Shown: positions 27,992 through 34,002 of the stretch, piece after piece
How the letters are laid out: each line of letters opens with the position of its first letter
Numbering within the stretch: position 1 is the stretch's first letter
NCBI GenBank assembly: GCA_023251395.1
Contig: JAHEYW010000006.1
Span: 1-34,002, forward strand
Reading direction: 5' to 3'
Origin: Bacteroidales bacterium
Lineage (GTDB): Bacteria > Bacteroidota > Bacteroidia > Bacteroidales > VadinHA17
DNA length: 34,002 bases
Program-made: the position numbers and the translations under genes
The notes under the pieces: generated by a model
Told to the model about the DNA's origin: nothing
Databases searched by the model: none
The model's input: the letters and a program-made list of their open reading frames with translations, nothing else

Positions 27992-28017
27992 AACCCCTGA
28001 ATTTAACCTCATTTTTA

Positions 28018-29193
28018 ATGGGCTGGAATTTCGATGAACCTGTCATCAGGGAAGGTACTAATTGCATCAAGTATGATCTGAGAAAAGAAATTTTCGGAAA
28101 CGAAGATGTAATTCCCATGTGGGTTGCAGATATGGATTTTAAGACACCTGAGTTTATCATTCAGGCACTCACTGACCGTTTGAAACATGAAATCATGGGG
28201 TATTCTTTCAGGCCTCATGAATATTTTTCATCGATTATCGACTGGTCGGAAAAACGATATAACTGGAAAATAGAAAAAGAATGGATATGCTTCAGTCCGG
28301 GAATAGTTCCTGCTTTAAATTTCTGTACTCTTGCATACACAAATCCTGGCGACAAAATTATTGTTCAACCACCGGTATATTTCCCTTTCTTCAGCGCTGC
28401 AGAACTGCATGGACGGAAACTTATATATAACCGGTTAAAGGAATCAGATGGCAGCTGGGAAATGGACTTTGATAACCTTCGTGAGTCCATCGACGAGAAG
28501 ACCAAAATGATTTTCATTTCAAATCCTCATAATCCACTCGGCAGAGTCTGGTATCCTGATGAACTATATGAACTTTCTGAAATCTGCTTGGAAAATAATA
28601 TTATTATGGTCTCTGATGAGATACATTGTGACCTGGTCTTACCCGGCTTCAAATTTACTCCTGCGGCTTCTCTTTCAGACAGGATTGCATCTGACACAAT
28701 TACCTGTATTGCACCAAGCAAGACATTTAACCTGGCCGGGCTATCAACTTCTTCAGTCATTATTTCAAACCCGGAATTAAGAAAATCTTTTAATTCTGTT
28801 GTCGAAAAACTTCATGTTGGAAATGGAAATATTTTTGGTACTATTGCTTCAATTGCTGCCTATACCCACGGACATGCCTGGCTTGATGAACTATTAAAAT
28901 ATATTGAATCAAATGTGGGTTATGTACTTGAATTCTGTAGTGACAGGATCCCGGAAATAGTTCCTCTCAGGACGGAAGCAACTTATATGATCTGGCTTGA
29001 CTGCAGATCATTACATATGTCGGGCAAAGAACTGCAGTCCTTTTTTGTTAAAGAAGCTGGTGTTGGAATGAATGAAGGATCTACCTTCGGCCCCGGTGGA
29101 GAAGGTTTCATGAGAATGAACCTGGCTTGTCCAAAAGCCACACTGATTAAAGCAATGGATAAAATTGAAAAAGCGATCAGCAAACTAAGATAA
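28018..29193 (+). CDS. MalY/PatB family PLP-dependent C-S lyase (cystathionine beta-lyase-like)
   Basis: PMWVADMDF, NPHNP.GRVW, SDEIHCDL, APSKTFNLAGL and EATYMIWLD. Likely start is the ATG at 28018. Confidence 0.92.
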   Translation: MGWNFDEPVIREGTNCIKYDLRKEIFGNEDVIPMWVADMDFKTPEFIIQALTDRLKHEIMGYSFRPHEYFSSIIDWSEKRYNWKIEKEWICFSPGIVPALNFCTLAYTNPGDKIIVQPPVYFPFFSAAELHGRKLIYNRLKESDGSWEMDFDNLRESIDEKTKMIFISNPHNPLGRVWYPDELYELSEICLENNIIMVSDEIHCDLVLPGFKFTPAASLSDRIASDTITCIAPSKTFNLAGLSTSSVIISNPELRKSFNSVVEKLHVGNGNIFGTIASIAAYTHGHAWLDELLKYIESNVGYVLEFCSDRIPEIVPLRTEATYMIWLDCRSLHMSGKELQSFFVKEAGVGMNEGSTFGPGGEGFMRMNLACPKATLIKAMDKIEKAISKLR

Positions 29194-29214
29194 ACCAGTA
29201 ATACTCATTTGTGA

Positions 29215-30303
29215 ATGAAGAACAGGATAAATGTAAAACTAACCCTTGAGGACGGGACCATATATACAGGAAAATCGTTCGGGGCAAATATACCTGCTGC
29301 AGGAGAAGTAGTATTCAATACTGCAATGACGGGTTATCCGGAAAGTCTTACAGATCCATCCTACAGGGGCCAGATTTTGTGCCTTACATACCCGCTGATA
29401 GGTAATTATGGAGCGCCTGGAAAAGAAGAGGCTGATGATATATTGAAGTATCATGAGTCTTCATCAATTCATATTTCAGCATTAATAGTATCTGATTATT
29501 CTTTTGATTACAGCCACTGGAATGCAACCGAAAGCCTCGAAGAGTGGCTTATAAAAAATAATGTGCCAGGAGTCTATGGAATAGATACAAGAGCCCTAAC
29601 CAAAAGAATAAGGGAAAAAGGAGCCATGCTGGGCAAAATTGAACCAGATGGTTCATCAATTGATTTCTACGATCCGAATAAAGTCAACCTGGTGGCAGAA
29701 GTAAGTACAACTACAAAGAAAATATATGGTTCAGGTTCAAACAGGATCATCCTTGTAGATTGCGGAGTAAAATACAATATCATTAGGAATCTCCTTAAAA
29801 GGGACACAACAATAATTCGGGTACCCTGGAATTATGATTTCCATAAAGAGGAGTTTGACGGATTGTTCCTTTCAAACGGACCGGGTGACCCCAAAATGTG
29901 TGACATCACTATCAGCAATATAAAGAAATCGCTTGAAGGGAATAAACCTGTATTTGGCATATGTCTTGGCAATCAGCTGATGGCTCTCGCCTCAGGAGCC
30001 GATACATATAAGCTTAAATATGGTCACAGGAGCCATAATCAGCCTGTTATTCAGGTAGGGACTGACAAGGCATATATTACTTCTCAGAACCATGGCTTTG
30101 CTGTGAATAACAAAACTCTTGGAAGGGACTGGCTTCCTTATTTTATAAATATTAACGATAACACAAATGAGGGAATGATACACCGGAGAAAGCCGTTCTT
30201 TTCTACCCAGTTCCATCCCGAGGCTTCAGGTGGACCAACAGATACCGATTTTCTGTTCGATACCTTTATTGAAAATATTGCAAGGTATAAGGGTATTAAT
30301 TGA
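29215..30303 (+). CDS. carA: Carbamoyl-phosphate synthase small subunit
   Basis: GEVVFNTAMTGY, TDPSY.GQI, SNGPGDP, GICLG, SQNHG and QFHPE. Confidence 0.97.
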   Translation: MKNRINVKLTLEDGTIYTGKSFGANIPAAGEVVFNTAMTGYPESLTDPSYRGQILCLTYPLIGNYGAPGKEEADDILKYHESSSIHISALIVSDYSFDYSHWNATESLEEWLIKNNVPGVYGIDTRALTKRIREKGAMLGKIEPDGSSIDFYDPNKVNLVAEVSTTTKKIYGSGSNRIILVDCGVKYNIIRNLLKRDTTIIRVPWNYDFHKEEFDGLFLSNGPGDPKMCDITISNIKKSLEGNKPVFGICLGNQLMALASGADTYKLKYGHRSHNQPVIQVGTDKAYITSQNHGFAVNNKTLGRDWLPYFININDNTNEGMIHRRKPFFSTQFHPEASGGPTDTDFLFDTFIENIARYKGIN

Positions 30304-30321
30304 GCTTATAATAATAACGTG

Positions 30322-30414
30322 TTAACCACGGAGTTACACAGATGTAAATGAGAAGTTGAGGTTGTTTCAACAGCCTCAACTCCGTTCAAAACTCCGTGCC
30401 ACCCCTTGGTAAAA
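30322..30414. terminator. Nested inverted repeat / probable bidirectional terminator between carA and argH
   Basis: Inner stem agttgaggttgtt (30354-30366) / aacagcctcaact (30369-30381); outer stem cacggagtt (30327-30335) / aactccgtg (30390-30398). Confidence 0.6.
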
Positions 30415-30424
30415 CAATCTTTAC

Positions 30425-31771
30425 TTATTTATCCAATTTATAATTCACCAGCTTTGACTCAAGTTCAGAAGATGTTTTACTGTTGAAGCTTTTCATATGC
30501 GTTTCAGCCATCTTTTGAATCTGATCATTACATAGATTACCAATACTTCCTTCATGAGAATAATCTTTTGTAGATGTTCTGGAAAATGAACCATTTTCTA
30601 ACCTGGCTCCAACTTCTTTATAAGCGTCCCTGAAAGGAACTCCCGACCTTACAAGCCTGTTCACCTCTTCCGTGCTGAATATTGAATTATAAACCGGGTA
30701 TTCTGTAATATCTTTTCTGATCCTGATCCCGGTCAGCATGAAATTAAGTATATCAATGCAAGCTTCAAGTTCTTTAAAGGCATCAAATACAAGTGGCTTA
30801 AGAAGCTGAAGATCCCTGTGATAGCCCGATGAAAGATTGGATGTCAGCATAGCAATTTCCGCCGGTACAGCCTGCAGATGGTTTGTACGTGCCCTGATTA
30901 TCTCAAAAACATCAGGATTCTTTTTCTGGGGCATGATACTTGACCCGGTAATGTATTCCCCCGGAAAATCAATAAACTTGAATTCAGCACCCATATAAAG
31001 ACAAATATCCATTGAAAATCTTCCCAGGGTTCTGGCAACTGAAGCAAGTGCACCAGCAACTGCCATTTCAACCTTACCCCTGTTCAGGCTGGCATAGGCT
31101 GAATTAAAAACGAGATCATCAAATTCAAGCAGGTCTGCGGTGAGCTTCCTTTTTAATGGTAATGTCGTACCATATCCTGCAGCAGTACCCAACGGATTGC
31201 GGTTATTCAGTTTTCTTGCTGAGGCCAGCAGATGAAGGTCGTCAGCAAGGCTTTCGGAATAGGCTCCAAACCATAATCCGAATGATGAAACCATTGCCGG
31301 CTGCATATGTGTATATCCCGGAAGCAGAACCTCCTTATGCTGCTCACTCAGAGACTGAAGCTTATTGAAAAGGGCAAAAACCTTGACTGCTATCCTGTCG
31401 ATCTCTGATCTGGTAAATAACCTGATATCAAGCAGAACCTGGTCATTTCTTGATCTGCCGGTATGGATCTTTTTACCTGTTGGTCCCAGATTAACTGATA
31501 AATCCTTCTCAACCTGAGAATGGATATCTTCAACCCCTTTCTCTACAATAAGTTCCCCTTTTGTAGCTTTCTGAAAAAGAAGATGAAGGCCATTTAAAAG
31601 ACTTTGCTTTTCTTCAGGTGTCAAAAGGCCAACATTTTGGAGCATTATTGCATGTGCCATTGAACCGATAATATCCCATTCGGCCAGCGAAAGATCCATT
31701 ACCCTGTCATTGCCTACGGTAAATTCAATTATTGCCGGATCAGGTTCTACGCCTTTATCCCATAGTTTCAT
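30425..31771 (-). CDS. argH: Argininosuccinate lyase
   Basis: EDIHS, IHTGRSRNDQV, LPGYTHMQ, GSSIMPQKKNPD and GYHRDLQ. Confidence 0.97.
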   Translation of the reverse strand: MKLWDKGVEPDPAIIEFTVGNDRVMDLSLAEWDIIGSMAHAIMLQNVGLLTPEEKQSLLNGLHLLFQKATKGELIVEKGVEDIHSQVEKDLSVNLGPTGKKIHTGRSRNDQVLLDIRLFTRSEIDRIAVKVFALFNKLQSLSEQHKEVLLPGYTHMQPAMVSSFGLWFGAYSESLADDLHLLASARKLNNRNPLGTAAGYGTTLPLKRKLTADLLEFDDLVFNSAYASLNRGKVEMAVAGALASVARTLGRFSMDICLYMGAEFKFIDFPGEYITGSSIMPQKKNPDVFEIIRARTNHLQAVPAEIAMLTSNLSSGYHRDLQLLKPLVFDAFKELEACIDILNFMLTGIRIRKDITEYPVYNSIFSTEEVNRLVRSGVPFRDAYKEVGARLENGSFSRTSTKDYSHEGSIGNLCNDQIQKMAETHMKSFNSKTSSELESKLVNYKLDK

Positions 31772-31841
31772 AAGATGCAGAATTTAGTTTAACAGCTGTA
31801 AAGATTTCAATAAACTATAGAGTAAGTGAAGTAACTTCTTC

Positions 31842-33086
31842 TTACCCCAGGGTGCTTTTCTTACGTCCCGATTCAACTATTGCTCTGTGAGCCATCAGTC
31901 GGATAGCATTTATTTTTATGAACCCTTTGCTGTCAGTTTGATCAAAGCCTCCTTCAATATCCATACTTGACAGGTTTTTGTTATATAATGAGGATGGGGA
32001 TTCTCTTCCTTCAATTATAATATTGCCCTTATACAGACAAAGGTGAACACTACCGTCAATCAGCTCCTGGCTTTTATCTACAGCGGCCATCAGAAAGTCC
32101 ATTTCAGGGCTGAACCAGAATCCGTTATAAATAAGCTCCGAGAATTTTGGTGTAAGCATATTTCTCAGTCTCATTACCTCCCTGTCCATGGCAATGCCTT
32201 CGATATCTCTGTGGGCTGCATAAAGTATTGTAGCTCCGGGGGTTTCATATACTCCTCGTGATTTGATACCAACGAACCTGTTTTCAACCATATCCAGAAG
32301 ACCGATGCCATTCTTACCTGCAATTTCATTCAGGTAAACGAACATTTCGTAGGATTCAGTTTTTTCAGTTCCGTCATCCTTATTCAGAACTTTAACTGGT
32401 AAACCATCTTTGAAGTCAATTACTATCCTTGTTTCGACATCAGGTGCATCCTGTGGCATAACCATCTTCTGGAGCATGCTTTTATGCAGAGTATACATAG
32501 GATCTTCAAGTACCCCGGCCTCATGACTGATGTGCATAAGATTATCATCCTCACTGTAAGGTTTTGCAATACTTGCCTTAACCGGAATGTTTTTCTCAGC
32601 CGCATATTTCAAAAGATCGGTTCTGCCTTTGAAAGTTGCCAGGAACTCTCTGTCTTTCCAGGGTGCAATAACCTTTACTCCTGGCATCAATGCATAATAT
32701 GAAAGTTCAAAACGGACCTGGTCATTTCCTTTACCGGTAGCACCATGTGCGACAGCTTTAGCCCCTTCAGCTTTTGCGATCTCAATCTGTTTCAGAGCTA
32801 TAAGTGGCCTTGCCAGTGAGGTGCCCAGAAGGTACCTGTCCTCATAAATTGCATTTGCTTTTACTGCCTTTAGAACGTAACCATCAATAAATTCCTTCTT
32901 CAGGTCGCTGACAATCACTTTCGAAGCACCAAGAAGAAGAGCTTTTTTACGACATTCCTCAAAATCTTCCGCCTGACCAACATCCGCAACAAATGCAATA
33001 ATTTCATAACCTTTTTCAATAAGCCACTTCAGAATAACAGAAGTATCCAGACCGCCACTATAGGCCAAAACCACTTTTTCTTTCAT
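31842..33086 (-). CDS. argG: Argininosuccinate synthase
   Basis: [34 protein letters not shown] and [16 protein letters not shown]. Confidence 0.98.
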   Translation of the reverse strand: MKEKVVLAYSGGLDTSVILKWLIEKGYEIIAFVADVGQAEDFEECRKKALLLGASKVIVSDLKKEFIDGYVLKAVKANAIYEDRYLLGTSLARPLIALKQIEIAKAEGAKAVAHGATGKGNDQVRFELSYYALMPGVKVIAPWKDREFLATFKGRTDLLKYAAEKNIPVKASIAKPYSEDDNLMHISHEAGVLEDPMYTLHKSMLQKMVMPQDAPDVETRIVIDFKDGLPVKVLNKDDGTEKTESYEMFVYLNEIAGKNGIGLLDMVENRFVGIKSRGVYETPGATILYAAHRDIEGIAMDREVMRLRNMLTPKFSELIYNGFWFSPEMDFLMAAVDKSQELIDGSVHLCLYKGNIIIEGRESPSSLYNKNLSSMDIEGGFDQTDSKGFIKINAIRLMAHRAIVESGRKKSTLG

Positions 33087-33118
33087 TGTATTATTATTAA
33101 TAATTGTTAGTGTGTATT

Positions 33119-33598
33119 TTATTCTTTTTTAACCACGTCCCTGAATCCCGGGAATATCATCTCGAGGCATGAATGAACCTGAGAGGCTGTAATATTGTCC
33201 CTTGGAATTATCATTACCGTATCATCACCTGCAATAGTCCCGGCTATTTCAAAGCGGCCGGCATTATCAATAATAAAAGCAGTACTGCTTGCGTGACCGG
33301 GAATTGTCTTAAGCAGAACCAACCCTCTTGCATTTACTACGGATCTGATCACTGAGATAATATTTTTATTCAGTCCGCTTCCCCCAATCTGCTTTGATGA
33401 ATCAGAAAGTGAATATTTGTAACCACCACTATCTGAAGGAATTCTTATTACACCCAGCTGATGAAGGTTACGCGAAAGGGTAGCCTGAGTGCAGGTAATT
33501 CCAGATTTTTTAAGCCTTTTAAGCAACTCTTCCTGGGAAGAAATATTTTCCTCCGATATGATCTTTTCGATCTCAAGAAGCCTTGCTACCTTTTGCAT
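33119..33598 (-). CDS. argR: Arginine repressor
   Basis: SQEEL, TQATLSR (wHTH), KTIPG.A and GTIAGDDT. Likely start is the ATG at 33598 (MQKVARL). Confidence 0.95.
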   Translation of the reverse strand: MQKVARLLEIEKIISEENISSQEELLKRLKKSGITCTQATLSRNLHQLGVIRIPSDSGGYKYSLSDSSKQIGGSGLNKNIISVIRSVVNARGLVLLKTIPGHASSTAFIIDNAGRFEIAGTIAGDDTVMIIPRDNITASQVHSCLEMIFPGFRDVVKKE

Positions 33599-33630
33599 AT
33601 TTATACATTTTCGATGCAAATTTATACATT
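33592..33630. promoter_or_regulatory. Tandem ARG boxes overlapping the argR start codon and its -7 element (TAAATTTG, 33617-33624 on -)
   Basis: Cores TGCATATTTATACA (33594-33607) and TGCAAATTTATACA (33615-33628), 21 bp apart, as in canonical 18+3 bp tandem ArgR operators. Confidence 0.8.
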
Positions 33631-33665
33631 TTTTGAATATTCCAAGGCTCTTTTAAAAATAATTG

Positions 33666-33673
33666 TATTTTTG
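33666..33673 (+). promoter_or_regulatory. Bacteroidota -7 element (TATTTTTG) for carB
   Basis: TAnnTTTG match 17 nt before the ATG at 33691. Confidence 0.5.
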
Positions 33674-33690
33674 TGACTCAAAATCCGGCA

Positions 33691-34002
33691 ATGAAAGATG
33701 AATTAAAAAAGGTAATAATCCTTGGTTCCGGGGCACTTAAGATCGGGGAAGCGGGTGAATTTGATTATTCCGGTTCACAGGCACTGAAGGCTCTTAAGGA
33801 GGAAGGAATAGAGACAATTCTGATAAATCCTAATATAGCAACAGTACAGACCTCGGAGAATATTGCCGATAAAATTTACTTTCTTCCGGTCAATCCATAT
33901 TTCGTAGAAAAAGTAATAGCAAAGGAGCGTCCCGGTGGAGTTCTGCTTTCTTTCGGAGGGCAGACAGCTCTCAACTGCGGAACAGAACTATACAAAACCG
34001 GC
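33691..34002 (+). CDS. carB: Carbamoyl-phosphate synthase large subunit, 5' part (runs off the window)
   Basis: Manual translation: [55 protein letters not shown]...[10 protein letters not shown]. Confidence 0.96.
   Translation, partial: MKDELKKVIILGSGALKIGEAGEFDYSGSQALKALKEEGIETILINPNIATVQTSENIADKIYFLPVNPYFVEKVIAKERPGGVLLSFGGQTALNCGTELYKTG

Noticed and set aside
1538-33676. Numerous short ORFs in the track (for example 2525-2845, 12549-13124, 20338-20721)
   Set aside because: They lie antisense to or out of frame within well-supported genes and show no recognisable motifs; treated as shadow ORFs.

Overview
AT-rich, gene-dense chromosomal segment from a Bacteroidota organism, probably Bacteroidales-like. 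Support: TAnnTTTG -7 promoter elements, almost no Shine-Dalgarno motifs, the purH-mreBCD-mrdA-rodA cluster, gpsA-pgi near lysS, and Bacteroidota-type argH. Most genes are housekeeping: class II aldolase (partial), D-amino-acid aminotransferase, lysS, upp, an ABC-2 exporter, a GIN-domain lipoprotein, gpsA, pgi, a PfkB kinase, acpH, cell-shape genes, purH, rsmA, a MalY/PatB lyase, carA, argR-argG-argH and carB (partial). I saw no CRISPR, rRNA, tRNA or transposase. Three things stand out. (1) An uncharacterised two-gene module: a helical lipoprotein plus a 1036-aa ABCG/White-type half-transporter fused to TerB-like and possibly FHA-like domains, with a CxxC motif and a large extracytoplasmic loop. 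(2) An unusual arginine set-up: a stand-alone arginine synthetase (ArcE)-type protein, and an inverted argR-argG-argH cassette with a Thermotoga/eukaryote-type ArgG that separates carA from carB and carries tandem ARG boxes. (3) Several nested intergenic palindromic elements, including a 150-bp MITE-like element with mutually exclusive stems and micro-palindromes apparently inserted into other palindromes. All family assignments come from motif recognition by eye, not from database searches.
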